Shown: in pieces, positions 10,987-24,400 of the stretch
How positions within the stretch are numbered: the first letter of the stretch is position 1
Layout of the letters: each line of letters opens with the position of its first letter
Origin: Phoronis australis
Lineage: Eukaryota; Animalia; Phoronida
Assembly (NCBI GenBank): GCA_002633005.1
Contig: NMRA01001040.1
Span: forward strand, 1 to 64,000
DNA length: 64,000 nt
Reading direction: 5' to 3'
The notes under the pieces: model-generated
The model's input: only the letters and a program-made list of their open reading frames with translations
Told to the model about the DNA's origin: nothing
Database searches by the model: none
Position numbers and translations under genes: made by a program

Positions 10987-13414
10987 CGGGAGCCCAGGGC
11001 CCTCATTTAATGCACAATCAAAATGAACCAAGAAACTGCAGTGGCACTGGGGTTCTTGTTTGTGTTTTGGTTGTGGTGGTTGAGTTCCTTTCTAGTATAC
11101 TAGATCTGCTAATACATTGTAAAATATTTTTTGATGAGTAACCATCTGACACAACACTCATTATGGATTCATGGTGGAAATGAAGTAGTGTTTCCCAAGT
11201 GTCGGTGTTAGATTTTGTGAGTTTCTGGTGGCGCTTCGACTGACATCCACTCAGGAAATGTGTGATTTGAAAAAGCGGGCTTAAAATACTCTTTCGTCAA
11301 ACGTTTGATGATTTAGAAAGCGATATACGAAATTGGTTTTGCTTCGCTTCTTGTCATGGAATGGTTTTCATGAAATAAATCCTGAAAGTCACGTGAAAAA
11401 ATACCCAGAAAACAACACAGAATGTTTGATGATAAGATCTCGCGATTGCACATGATGATTTTACAATGTTCACACAACTGGACATATTGACATGAAACTT
11501 GGAAGTGTCTAATTGACAAAACTTAACAGCGTACGTTTCCTCAGCTGTATTTTATGTGATAATTTTCAGATTTAAAACGGTGATTTGCATCAGGCCAAAT
11601 GAAGAACAACGTGCTCGGTTCATTTTGGAATTTGCCAAATTTGTATTTGTGCAATTGAAAAGCCATTTTCCCCAATGAAATTCATCCATAGCGTTCAACA
11701 TGTATTGGATAAGTAAGTATAAGCGTGAAACGGGAAATGTTCACAATGAACACAGCGCAATATTAACAAAATATGGACACCCAGGACAGGGTTATGAGAA
11801 AGTTGTTCGTTGTTTGTTATTGCCTGCTACTTACTCGGTAACAAAGTGCTGTGATTCTGTTCTTGTTTGTCAATATTGTTTTACGCTATGTTCATAGTGA
11901 AAACGCTTTCGCGCAGTTCTATCTACTTATGGCAAGTACAACAAGAAGCAAGCGCCTGCCTGACGGCGACGTGCCGAGAAGCTGAAAAATCAAGTAGACA
12001 CGGATGATGAGTCGTGCAAAACCCAAACTCTTTTATTTGGTTTATTTAATGTCCCTTTGATTGCGTTGTTGTTGTTTTGGAAATACTTGTTCAAATGGAA
12101 GTGCTCTGCCAACGTCAAACGTGGAATTGTTTTACGTCGATTCCGCATTTTGGAATATATGTAAAACTCACTTATGTTGTTGCAATCACAATGGGTCAAA
12201 TATATTAGGACCAGGATTTAACCTTGTAGAAAGTGCCAAATATAAACACTTGATGATGTAGAAATGACGCTGTTAAGTAAAATAGATTCATGCATTAGAA
12301 GGTAGGTATAGAAAAAATCCAACTGAAGTCTGGGGTCTATGATATGACACAAGATATACATGTGTGCGCGCGCGCGTGTGTGAGTGAATGTGTGTGTGGG
12401 CGCGCGCGTGTGTATTTATAAGTGTATGAATGAATGCACAATTAAAGGCCAGTGCGCCTATGTGTGAAGTTGCGCCTATATTCCAAATTACGCGCATGTA
12501 CACCAGTGTATGCGAACATGGAGGGGCAATAAAAACAGATAGCATGTGAGTGTGACTTAACTGATACAAAGCGATCTTTTCCAATTCGGATTTAACTAAC
12601 TTATGAATTGAAACTACGGAAAATGAACGAAAGGCCCACAAAAGGCATCTATTTGAGCCATAGATATCTTCAAAAGATGAGTTTCCGCCTGCGCATATAC
12701 GTGAAACTTGGGTACATGCGCTTATATGCGAAACGCATGCACAAAATAATAGTTTATCAAGTCACATTGTTTCGAATGTATGCTGATGGGGCCACTAGCC
12801 TGCATATACGGTAAAGTCGGCAGAGACTGTGTTGAAATTTAAAGCTTTCGTGTTTACAAAACACAAATGTGATCTAAGGGTCATATCTTTCTTTTCCAAA
12901 AATATCTAAGCTAACAACTTGTTTCTAAATGCCAATATAATCAAACAAACAAACAAACAAACAATGAAAACCTTGATTTATAAGATAACTTTTACTGACA
13001 CACCTTAAAACGATTAGCTGTCCGAAGTGCAGCAAAATTGTAATCCTGCATTCTGAGATTACCAATGTTTTTCTAGTTGACTGCCTGTAACGCTTAATCT
13101 GACTTTCCTCATACAAAATGGAAGCAAAGAGCGTTGTCCTTTGACATATTTTCTACCAAAGGAAGAATAGATATCTTGATGTTCCAGCAGCAGATAGAGC
13201 GGACACTGAACTATGAGCAGAATCGCACAGTGAGCGACAGATGTCGGCAAAGCAAAGATTAGGCAAGCTTGAAACCCCGTATCCAAACTAAGCGGAAACG
13301 AAAATACTTTATAAGTCAAAATCTCTCTTTGGCCCAAAGGCTTGATCCATTAGCACTGTTCGGCGTTTGAGCGTAAGCTGTTTTCGTCTAAAGAGCCACA
13401 GATTCACAACACAG

Positions 13415-16400
13415 TCACACACTTGTCAGGCGCTGCTTTTCAGAGGGAGGGTTCGACACAACAACAATATCTTTCTGTCCAAGTACCTGAACGTGAAATG
13501 TTCCGTCGCGTTTTTTCAGCAGCTCTTTTCTCGCTGTTCTGGCAAGTCGACAGCTGACGACTGAAGAGATGAGACAAACTAAGCACTCGGAGCCGGCTAC
13601 GCTCAGGGCGACAATTATTAACGTATCCATCTCTTCCTTTTTATAGGTCTGACCGTCTGTCGTGTGGTTGACAAGGCCGAGTCGAAGAAGTTGTATGCTA
13701 ACTACTGCCGTAACCATGGAAACTATGGAGAACGCCGTGAAGCACAATATCTGGAAAGTGACAAGAGTAACCTTACTCAATGGAAAATGAAAAAAATCTA
13801 AAACCGATCTATTTTCTATTTTGAGGAGTCAGCGTGCGACTTTCCAGGCTACCAACCCCGGGAGCTCTCCCATACACGGGGCTTGAGAAAGCTTATCGCT
13901 ACTCAGGTGATTATTTTGGCCAAGCAGGAATCCTCTCATTAATTGGCTTTCACCTTCGTAACTTCGGTAGTGGGCGACGCTATTTACACGACTAGTCGGC
14001 CAAATAAGTCATTCTTTGCTTTTTAACCGACAGGTCGGCAACAAAGCTCACTGGTCAAGACGGTGGACTTTTTAGTTGGTTTCAAGAGAGCGAGGTCTAC
14101 AGAAATTTTTGGAGTGGAGGTGTCAGGGCACGGAGTTGATAGTCCTGTCTGAGTCATATTGCCAACATAAAAAAGTTTGATGCGTAATTTGCCCTATCAG
14201 GTACTGTTTCAGATGTGAATTGTGAATTTTGTCATTGCCGTGTCAATGATTTCTAAAAACGTCTTGGAAAGGATGAGGGCCTGAATCGGTATCCCCGCGA
14301 ATATCAGGATTTCTTGTCGTTCTTATTTTGAGCCAACGTAAATGCATGATGCTAATTAACTTCAAGACTTGTATTGTTGAAACCGAAATGTAATGGTAAT
14401 TGATATATTGTGTGAAGTTTGTCAGGTGAACAGCAAAAATCGGTTCATTTTGCCAGCAAGCTTGTTCCGTCACAGTTATTGGTCAACGACGGATCGCTGA
14501 ATAGTTTGTCGGATGAACAGCAAACACGACGTATTTGGCGACTAGGATAATAGTGACATTGTTCGGATGGCGTAGGATTGTCAGTATTGTCAGTATTGTC
14601 TTTGGCTTTGTGATGCGCTGTCGGCGGTCTTGGATAGTTGGGTAATCGAAGGAAGTGGGGACAAGGGGAATGGTGTCTCGACGATTGTATTGTATTGTAT
14701 TGTCTCGAATAGGATTATTTTGAATCATTTAGTATTGTCTCGGATACTCATTTTCTTGAATGTCGAAGTATCTTGTTGGATTTGGATTTTGAATGGCACC
14801 CCCTTGTCATTATTTAGAAAAGAGCTCCACGGGAGACCACTGTAGCTCCACGGGAGACCACTGTAGCTCCACGGGAGACCACTGTACATTATTCGAAATG
14901 ATACTGTTATACAATCTCCAAAATTTGCGGTACTCATTGATATGAACAGCATTTTTATCAGTTGTTTAGGGGCAATTAAAACGTCTTTGAAAATATCAAA
15001 ATTTTACCTATTTTAGAGCGTTTGATGGTAAAACTAACACTAACAACAGAGGTTCTGGACTTCCTTATTTGTATACTACTGTAATAATGGATGAGCAGAA
15101 CCTATAGACACATTGTTTTACTTGTGCTAGCTATTATCTGTACAATATTATCATCAACATCACCATTATTATCGTAATCATTGTTATTAATATTGTCACT
15201 ATAATTTCCATTTTAAGTGCTTATCCATTCACATGATCTAATCTGGTGATAATTATGAACTAAAAAGGTTGTTGCGTGAATAAACTAAGAATTATTATTT
15301 ACACGCGAGAGCGATTGATTGAAAACAACAGCTGCGGCCAAAGATATTATGCCGGTAGTTGCACAGTATACAGTATCTTTGCAGTGGCTGGAAAATTAGG
15401 ATATCGGATATCAATTAATACCGTGGACTTGAAAAAGGGAGCCTCTTTGTAGACAGTTTTCATCACGAACAAAGCCAGCCAGTTTTGTTTCATAAACCCC
15501 ACTGGTTAATGCCATAAACCGACCGAACTTTTTAGTAAGATTTTTTAGACATATGAACTCTTAACCTGAAACAGTACAAGAAGAGATGTGATATCGCCAA
15601 AATGAGTCATTTGCTCACAAAACTTTAAAATACACTTCATTTGGAACACCCTGCTTAGATTTTTGCAGTTGGAAAAGAAGATCCCTTTTGCAGAGTTTCA
15701 AACTCCGAAGGCGCTTTTCTTCGTAAGGAATTTTGTCAGAAGATGCACCCTTTTGTAGGTGAAACTAGTCGCGAAAAAGTCACTCGTCTGAGAAGAACAC
15801 GAGTACTCCCTGTATTCAGGATTCCATAGGATTGGCGCCAAGGTGAAAAAATGACTTTCTTTGCTTTATCGGACGGTAAGGACACAGTTATCAGAACTTG
15901 AGCGCAGTTCTTGTACTGTGTTTTCATTTCATATTCAGCGAGGTACAAGGTACTTACCATGTAAGCTGTTTTCCATTTGGAACACGCGAATCCCAAGACG
16001 CCAGTAATGATAAACTGAAAAGATAATCAAGAGCTCTGCAACCACTTATTCAGTTGATTTAATGAGAACACCAGCTTTCACATTTCTCGGTGGATGGTTT
16101 GCTCTGAATTCACTCTTACAAACTTTTGAAGCAAGTCCTCAATAATACTACTTATTTATAGGATTATGTCTTTCTTATGTACCAAATGACTTGCGTTACA
16201 TTAAACACACCAGCAAGTTTCCTTAGATCACTGTGGCCCGGGGTCTTATGTTATTTTTACTCGAAATTGAACACGAAATTATTTTTCACATTTTCCGTTT
16301 TACTTTTGTGGTAACTCAAGATAACTCACCTCCATTTCGTGGTAACTCAAGATAACTCACCTCCATTTCGTGGTAACTCAAGATAAGTCACCTCCATTTC

Positions 16401-19400
16401 GTGGTAACTCAAGATAATTCACCTCCATTTCGTGGTAACTCAAGATAACTCACCTCCATTTCGTGGTAACTCAAGATAACTCACCTCCATTTCGTGGTAA
16501 CTCAAGATAACTCACCTCCATTTCGTGGTAACTCAAGATAACTCACCTCCATTTCGTGGTAACTCAAGATAANGGTTTGATCTGAATTCACTCTTACAAA
16601 CTTTTGAAGCAAGTCCTCAATAATACTACTTATTTATAGGATTATCTCATTCTTATATACTAAATGACTTGCGTTACATAAAATACACCAGCAAGTTTCC
16701 TTAGATCACTGTGGCCCGGGGTCTAATGTTATTTTTACTCGACATTGAACACGAAATTATTTTTCACATTTTCCGTTTTACTTTTGTGGTAATTCAAGAT
16801 AACTCACCTCCATTTTGTGCTCGATTATTATATTATGCAGTTGATGAAGTCAGGATTAAAGATCTATTAAGTTCTAGTAGGGACTCTATCGCAAAATCTC
16901 GAGTTTGTAGCTCGAATCTAGGGATCACCAAGTGCAGTGAATTGAACTAGACAATTTTCTGGGCCGTAATAAATTGAAGCACACAAAAATGGACACTTAT
17001 CCTGGGTTGTTACTAGATTAGAACGGAAATGTAAAAAATCTCGAGTTTTGGATTTCGAGTACCGTGTCAAAAATCCAGCTCCGGGCCCAGGTTTGAAATG
17101 CTTCATTTGTGAAGAGTAAAATTCTGAATTGTAGCGATATTCAAACTGGAACGCTGCTGGAATTTTCAGATGGGCACGCACAGACCCTGGTAGGGCTTCA
17201 AAGACTGTTTATTTGTCTACTTCGTGTAAACTGAGCAGACAATGGCACATTGAACGACCATGGCCCGTCCAATTGTAGCCTAACTCAGTCGTATGGGGGT
17301 GACACTGCATACGTTCTTTGACGAAGAGAATCACGATTACTGACAGAATTAATGTTTACATTCAAGTGGAAACCTCATCTTCATAACCACGTTATTGAAT
17401 TGCTTGCCAAAAATAAATTGAAGATACGACCATCTTTAGCTACGAGTGGACTTACGGACCGCCTACTATCATGATTTCCTCAATTGCCAGTTTTGCTGTT
17501 GCTATTGGTCATCGTTTAGCATGTGTTGGTTGCTGTTCTGTGAATCGTTAAACATTTTCCGTTATTTCTTTGTGAAGTTATTGATTCATATACGTTGAAT
17601 ATCGAATCTAAATCATCCGCAAATGGATAAGCAAAACGGATGAGTTAAGACACAAGTTACTTCCAACGTGATGGCATAGAAATTGATATCGCTTGTTTTT
17701 TGTACCCTGCCTTCACGGACAGAACAAGAAAATACGATAGATGGTAACAGCCATGATGCCAGTTCATATCATGATTTGTTAAAACATGTTTTCCAACAGA
17801 AATTCGATTAATGAAGGATTGCATGCTGCAAACAAGAATAGGAAATTCAAATAGACCAACTTTTGTTAAAGTAATGACACGTTAACTTATGATGTAATCC
17901 GTAACTATGGAAACCCTAATGAGGTTTTCAGATTGTTTCCTCGCCATTATTGACATGGAGGCGTTAAAATGTCCAGGGCGTAATTGCGCACTTTCTCCCC
18001 ATTGATGTTCTGCTTTTTCGTTCTAGTTTCAACAATAGTGTGTTAATTTCACTGCTTTCTATTGTTGACGGTTTTACGGACCTAATTAAAACAGAAAAAT
18101 TGTCGATTTCTAAACCGTGAAGTCTTATCTGATGGCAGGAAGAGATTCTGACGGTTTGTTAAGAAGCATTTCTAGGGGTAATGGAAAAATGAGCAAGTAG
18201 ACTAGGCGTCCTAAGACGGATTTGGAATCTTTATGAAAAACGTTGGGAGAACCGACTACATTTTATTCTACGTACCGTCTTCAAACACATTCTAGAACTG
18301 TACAACTGCAAAAGGCGAGTCCAGGATTTTCAAAAAGGGTTTTTTTAAAAAGAAGGGTTCAAGTCAAAATTCGAAAATTATAGATTTGATATAGCTAAAA
18401 TCGAGGGAAAAACGGGTACTGGGCCCCCTTAACCCCCTGGATCCACCAATGAACTGTATGGCTAGCATTGAAATACTAGAGAACTTGGATAGTACATCCA
18501 GTATAGAACACAATGAAAACAAGTAACTATTGATGGTCCTCCGTTCAACATATGCAGTGGTTCGCACACTTCTAGCAGTCGTTATTGATAGTGAAATGAT
18601 TGTTGAAAGGACCTGTCGCGAGACTTACCACAGTAGCTGATGTGATGAGTTTTCCAACACTGGGAATAATCAACATGTCATGTCTAAACATCATTTTCAA
18701 CTCTCGTCTTGCTTTTGATGTGTTTATCTTACAAACACATGTTGTGCACATTACCAACCATAAGGCGTATGAAGCGCCGAAGGGTTCCAAGTTAGAAAAA
18801 TTTATTCTACATGTAGAATCGGCTATTCTACGCAACGAAATGACCTTTCGACGTAGAATTATGATTTTACGCTAAGTCTGCTGATTATATTCTCTCCAAT
18901 GATGCAGAAAGGCTCCCCCAGACTCCAAGAATTACTAATTAGACCGACAGATCCAATGGGTTTGTTGTCAATGCGCCGTGCGCTGTAGGAGAACATTTCG
19001 TGAGTACTTTCACTTGGCAATTTACTTTGTTCTCGAATCACTAAATAAAGTGCTTCTAATTCATTATTTAAGAAGTTCCCACCCCCACGTCTTTTAAGTT
19101 GTACATTTTTCTGCAAATTTTTATATGAACTAAACTGTCACAAATGTTGATCAACAGAGGGCGCTTTTAATAATAGCACTAGCCAATTACAAATTGAGGA
19201 ATCCTATCCGCGGTAGATGCAGATTAGGGATTTAGTTCAAGTTACAAAAAAATGATGAAAAGGCAGATCCTAAAATGTGATTGCATGTATAATATATGTC
19301 AGAGTATTTTTGCAGTGAGTCCAGCCCGGAGTGGGAAAAAATAATCAATTTGCTGACAATTTTATCCTAAAGTTACGAAATTTTGTTTTTGTTGTTTATT

Positions 19401-21494
19401 TGAAAAAAAAAATGATTTCCCAGTGAAAGGTTATCATTTGAGAATAAGTCATAATCATGGACACACAATCTTCTTGACTGGCATGAATTCTGAGTTCATC
19501 TCTGTTTGTTGGATATTTTCAGGGAATCATATTTGGCCAAAGAGCAATGCCAAGCAGGTTGAAAGCAATCTTAGGCCTGTGTGGTGTTTTATCTCTGAAA
19601 CTAAACTTTTACCACATCACCAACAGGTCCTTCCCACTCAGTCACGGAGCTCCAGTTTTCTAGTATCGTTTATCAGTAGGCCCTACATCAATTCCTAGCT
19701 ATTTACGTCGACCACCGTCCCAGTGTAATATGTCAACAAGACAGCATTAGTAACAGTAAAAATATGAATCACGTTCACGCGTTCATTAGAAGAACCAGTG
19801 TCGTATTTACAAAAAGACCAACCAACACGTTCTCGGAATCCGTGCCACCTAACGCGCTAGCAACTGAAGTCCCACATTCTCATTTAGGCTACGAACCCGT
19901 TGGTGCTTCGTTTCGCGCATAAACACGAATGTGGGCCTGGATCAACGTTCTAACAACTGACAAGCTTGGACTTACCATAACATAGGGCTAATATTCGACT
20001 TGAACGGAAATAGAAGTACTTCATTTTACGGTGTTTCTAACCATAGATATAGAGATCTACATATGTATTTGTATTACTAAGTGTATAGTAACGAAAATAA
20101 TACACATGTTTTCAAAAGCTTTTTTCTTACCTCCTGTAAAACTAGCGGTTTTTTAAACGGAAATACTGGAATTTTGTAGCAAATTTTGCCCCAAGTCGAT
20201 AACCTACTGCGCGAGTCCCCATTTTGTGAAATAATGACTGTTAGTGATGCACTTGCTCAGCCGTAGAAAATCGATAGCGCCGATCAATATAAGCCATAAT
20301 GCCGACTTTATTCCTTGTAGATTGTCGCCAGATTTGATATATTCATTTCGCTGTGAGATAAACAAAACCAATTTGCGATCAGTCACGATAGGCCTACTAG
20401 ATTAATTTGGATTAACAACCAAAGTTTTTTGTGCGTCCATTTCTCTAAACTCTCGTTCGTCCTCGTGAATTGAGTGTTCTGTTGTTGTAACTTGTCAGTG
20501 CAGGAGATTCAAAAATGACTGCTAATGTTCACTATACCATAGCGTTGGTTTGAAGAATTACCAAACCCCGTATACATGACATTTACCAAGTCGAGGCGAA
20601 GGCCATTCGCTTACTCGGAAATCTATCTTTAGTTCTTGAGGAAATAATGCATTTAAGTATGTTAACAAATGGGGCGTTCTGAGGGGATTTAACGACCTTC
20701 TCATCAGTACTGTCAGTTCATGTAATTAGGAATAACACGGCGGCGGGGCTGATTCATGACACTCCGGAACGAAAAGCGGGTCGCAGATTGTGCCAGAATG
20801 ACTGAAAAAGCACCAATGTTGTTTTTCTTGTGCATAAATGATATTTATATGTATTTAAATTTGAAACAAAAAATGACACTTTACAAATGAAGTGAGTATT
20901 AGCTGGATGTTACTGGCAGATCCCGGATTCAGTCAGTGGAACGACCACCCCTCACAAAGCCAGTTACCAATAAAAGAGCGATGGTTGAAAGAATTGTTGA
21001 TTACGCTAGACAATTTAATGCATAGTACAGCAAAAAAGAAGTAATTTGTCTCGTTTTTATGTTGCCCTACACCAAGACGCAATTGAAATTCTTGACTGAA
21101 TCACTTGACATTTCATCTAAATGAGATTCTTTTATAACACTGCACCACTTTGAGCAATGTAAACCTGCATGCATGCACCCTTACTTTGTGGCAGTTTTTT
21201 TTCCTGCGTAATCAGAGAAAGTCATACTTGGAATATGAGGGCATGTTATTCTACACTGTAGCGTATATACGTGCCCCATGGTGAGAATCTGTATGTTATG
21301 ATCGACAATGTTTGAATCATCCACATTTAAAATTCAAGATTACTTACGAATCCGCCGCTCCATATAGGGGACACGCTGTGAGCCATCCACACTTCCGCTT
21401 GAATACTGGCTGCCACTCCAATACACACGCTCATAACACCCAGTAGACAATGAAAGCAGGCTAAAACAATCGCAGCGACGAGAATTGCCCACAT
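13415..21494 (-). CDS. TMEM196: TMEM196-like four-transmembrane protein (CD20/MS4A-like clan), 179 aa
   Basis: Exons 21494-21348 (MWAILVAAIVLACFHCLLGVMSVCIGVAASIQAEVWMAHSVSPIWSGGF), 16014-15958 (FIITGVLGFACSKWKTAYM) and 13750-13415 (ILCFTAFSIVSMV...VVSCRLARTARK...LTSV*). Both introns are phase 0, with GTAAGT donors and YAG acceptors. Four hydrophobic segments, the SPIWSG motif, 'CRLA' and the length recall TMEM196; exact orthology (vs TMEM212) is not proven. Confidence 0.78.
14823..14886. repeat. 21-bp tandem repeat x3
   Basis: AGCTCCACGGGAGACCACTGT repeated. Confidence 0.9.
16308..16572. repeat. 31-bp tandem repeat x~8.5, ending at an assembly N
   Basis: Near-identical copies of GTGGTAACTCAAGATAACTCACCTCCATTTC. 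Confidence 0.92.
18310..18450. mobile_element. Short decayed MITE (…GGCGGATCCAG / CTGGATCCRCC… type)
   Basis: GGCGAGTCCAGG at the left end and CCCCCTGGATCCACCAATG at the right end. Confidence 0.4.
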
Positions 21495-22889
21495 ACTTAA
21501 TAAATCTCCAATTCAACACCACTGTCCTATATAATGCCTCTCAAAGTCTCCGTCAACTATCCTCAAAACCAGTTCTCGCATAGCATGCTTTAACTATCGT
21601 CCCTCATGAGTGGTAGGAAATGCTCTAATATAAACACTAGACGCCGTGAGCTACTGAACTCCAGGCTAACTCAGCGCCGATGTTGCTGAGCTAATGATGT
21701 TTTCCACGGCTGCAAGTCTGATTGATATCAGCTGACTGACGTCTTATTATTTCTCACTGACTCGGAGTTGCACAGCCGCGGACACACAACTGATGTTCAC
21801 ACAGACTGCAATACCACATGTAAAGTGCGAGGTCGCTGTAAAAGGTTTCTCGATTGGTTAGATTTGCATAACCCACTCATTGTGGCAACTATAGTGAATT
21901 CTTGTTAAAAACGCCACGTAATGTCTTCAGGACTTTGCGTGACAGCGAGCTTCTGTTGTGTACATCTCTCATCTCTCAGTTGGTCAGTCAGTATGTCGAA
22001 AATATCAAGTTGTCAATAACTCGCACAGTCATCAGCAGTATTTACTGCTTCGGTCGTTTTCAATGGATTTAGTTAATGAGAGTATTAACCTAGTCGATGG
22101 CATCATTAATTATCCATACATTTTTCAATCGTTGATCGATACTACAACATTACGTGTATTTTTATTCAAATACCTTTAGTAGCCATATTCTTTAAACCAG
22201 CAAGCTCAATCATGATAAAATTCTTTCAAGACTTATATATTTTGTATCGTTGCCATGGTGACTGTTAAAAATCGATTGCGAATGAATACTGTTTAGCTCA
22301 ACTTAATTTAAATCACTTAGAAGGCTATAGTAACTGTACTCGGGCAAAAAGCGGCTTACATAATTCAATACATGGAAAATATTATAAAAGCGTAGGCAGC
22401 GCTGACAAAAGAACAACGGACGGGTACTTTAGGCGGTGTCATTGCAAATAAGTTTCCCTAGTAAATAAGTCTCTGACGCGGCACACCTTTATCGAAATCA
22501 ATGCCTTGCTATTAAATGTTTGTTGTTTTTTTTTCTAAACTTTAGTTGATTAACATTGTAGTGTTTTTCTTTCTTTTCGAAGGTTCTTGAGTGGTATATA
22601 TTACCAGGATAATCTTGGTCAGACCACGGTGGTCACAGAACTGGATACTCACTAGGCATATATCTTTTAAAGTTGCATTGGTCAACTGGATAAAATAACA
22701 AAAATAGGATTGCATCTTTTAGGCTCATAAAACCGCGGTCTCATAATATTCTTTACAGTGATAGAATTTTATTTCCTTTGCCAACAAGAATATCGACACC
22801 CTCAGCAACTCAAGAGAGTTAATTACTGGGGTTAGCCAACTCTGAAGTTGTGAATTTGAAAATAGCTCATGTTCCCCTTTGCCTGTGAC

Positions 22890-23260
22890 TTAGGTTGTCA
22901 TCTCATTCGGCAACAATCCAAAAAAGGGGGAGCGTGGTTAGTTTTTGAACTCGCTTTCCGAGTTCTTTCCGAAATCATCTCCAGTTTGACTAAGGAACAA
23001 ATTAAGACCAGGTTTTGATGGAAAGCGGACTAAATCAAACTTTGTGACGGAAGGCAAGTTTGTAGCCGCTTAACAAACATATAGGATTTAAACAAAGGGT
23101 TACGTAGGGGTACTGAAGAAACCCTTGGTTCGCGAGAGCTGAGACTTTTCATGGAACTTGTATGGGTTACACATTTCAGCAGACTCAAGGATCGAGCAAG
23201 AGTTGATGTAGCTCAGTCATTGTTGTTGTACATGTCGTGGTTGTCGTTGTTGCTGGTGAT
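22890..23260 (+). mobile_element. Possible 3' end of a non-LTR retrotransposon with a (GTT)n-like tail
   Basis: Degenerate coding-like segment followed by a UTR-like stretch and a TGT/GTT-rich tail; family not determined. Confidence 0.3.
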
Positions 23261-23264
23261 TGTG

Positions 23265-23334
23265 CATGGGCGGCGCACCATAGGGGCCTGAGGGGGCTTT
23301 AGCCCCCACTTTTTTCATTGCTGTGCCGCCCATG
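23265..23334. mobile_element. 70-bp miniature inverted-repeat element
   Basis: Termini CATGGGCGGC and GCCGCCCATG, with an internal GGGGGCT-TT-AGCCCCC hairpin. Confidence 0.6.
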
Positions 23335-23558
23335 TCGTGTCATTATTTTTGTAGACGGAGGAATGTACTCAGTATCTTGTCATTTTTCAAACGTTCAGTG
23401 TTTTTGGGGCATAAAATTCGGATCCGTCTCAGTCAACGCGGTTGTCTGAAATAGGTTATCTCTGATCTCCGCACGAAAACCCGACCGAGTTCCGTAAAGA
23501 AACTTGCACGAAGGTAACATCACGCAAAACTGAAACCACGAGATATCACAAACAGATC

Positions 23559-23835
23559 TTGCCAGTGTCTTGGGTCTGCTATGGAACTCTTTTTTCGATT
23601 TCCTCGAGAGCACACAATGCTTCGGAAGTGGTTCGCGGTAGTGAAGAATGAAAAGTACGCCGTAATACCAATCAAGTTTGAGGCCGTGAAACTGCTCCGG
23701 TGTCTGTGGCCGGCATTTCGTCTACAGTGATTTCACTGACGATCGAATGCCGGGTTACCAAACTGCTCATGTCAGGGCAGAAAAAGAGACTGAGGATGAA
23801 GTCAGATATTGTGCCTAGTGTGTTTGCGTTCGGTA
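23559..23835 (+). pseudogene. Frameshifted THAP-domain remnant (transposase N-terminus)
   Basis: Three frames in succession read LFRFPREHTMLRKWFAVVK, VCGRHFVYSDF and KKRLRMKSDIVPSVFAF, matching the THAP signature F.FP...R.KW...VC..HF...DF...AVPS.F. Confidence 0.72.
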
Positions 23836-24039
23836 GGTAGGGGACAAAACAACGCAGACCGGTTGTTGCTCAGTTTTTGATTATGGAGAATTGTAGCTGG
23901 CCATGGGAACATAAACAATTACAGTTAATTCAAGGCATGATAACATAACATTTTTATAACCTGTTTGATGACTTACTCGTTCGTCAGGCTTCTGTTTGAA
24001 CCTCTGGGTGTAGGATGTTTTCGCCAGTTCCTTTTCCCT

Positions 24040-24400
24040 GTCCCAAAAACGTCGTAAGCAGACTTCTGTTTAGATGCGATGCAAAATCAGGATGGTTCGT
24101 GAGCCATATCTATGCTTCTCCAAGAAGGCGTTTCACTTGCGGAATTTCGTGGCAACAAACGCAAGAGTCAGTTATTTTCATTTTCGTGCAGTTAGCATAC
24201 TGACACCATGACAAATCATTCAAACGGTTTTCGGAACTATCCATTTGTTCCGTTGTCTATGCACGTTCACGACGCCTCTCTTGTATTTCTTGATCTTCTA
24301 TCGAATATTGATAGCTTGTGAAACCTAACGATCGACCTATGAAGTCTTTGTCGTATGAGCACTCGTCTAAGTCGGGATTGCGAGTTGCCACGGTTGACGT
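24040..24400 (-). pseudogene. Decayed P2X7 ballast-like (Cys-rich) domain remnant
   Basis: Reads RLNDLSWCQYANCTKMKITDSCVCCHEIPQV...*IWLTNHPDFASHLNRSLL, matching the pattern WC.C..C..M....C.CC.E...IT.H..F...LN; in-frame stops are present. Confidence 0.65.

Noticed and set aside
16308-16572. Second CRISPR-like 31-bp array
   Set aside because: No spacers; it is a plain minisatellite ending at an assembly gap.
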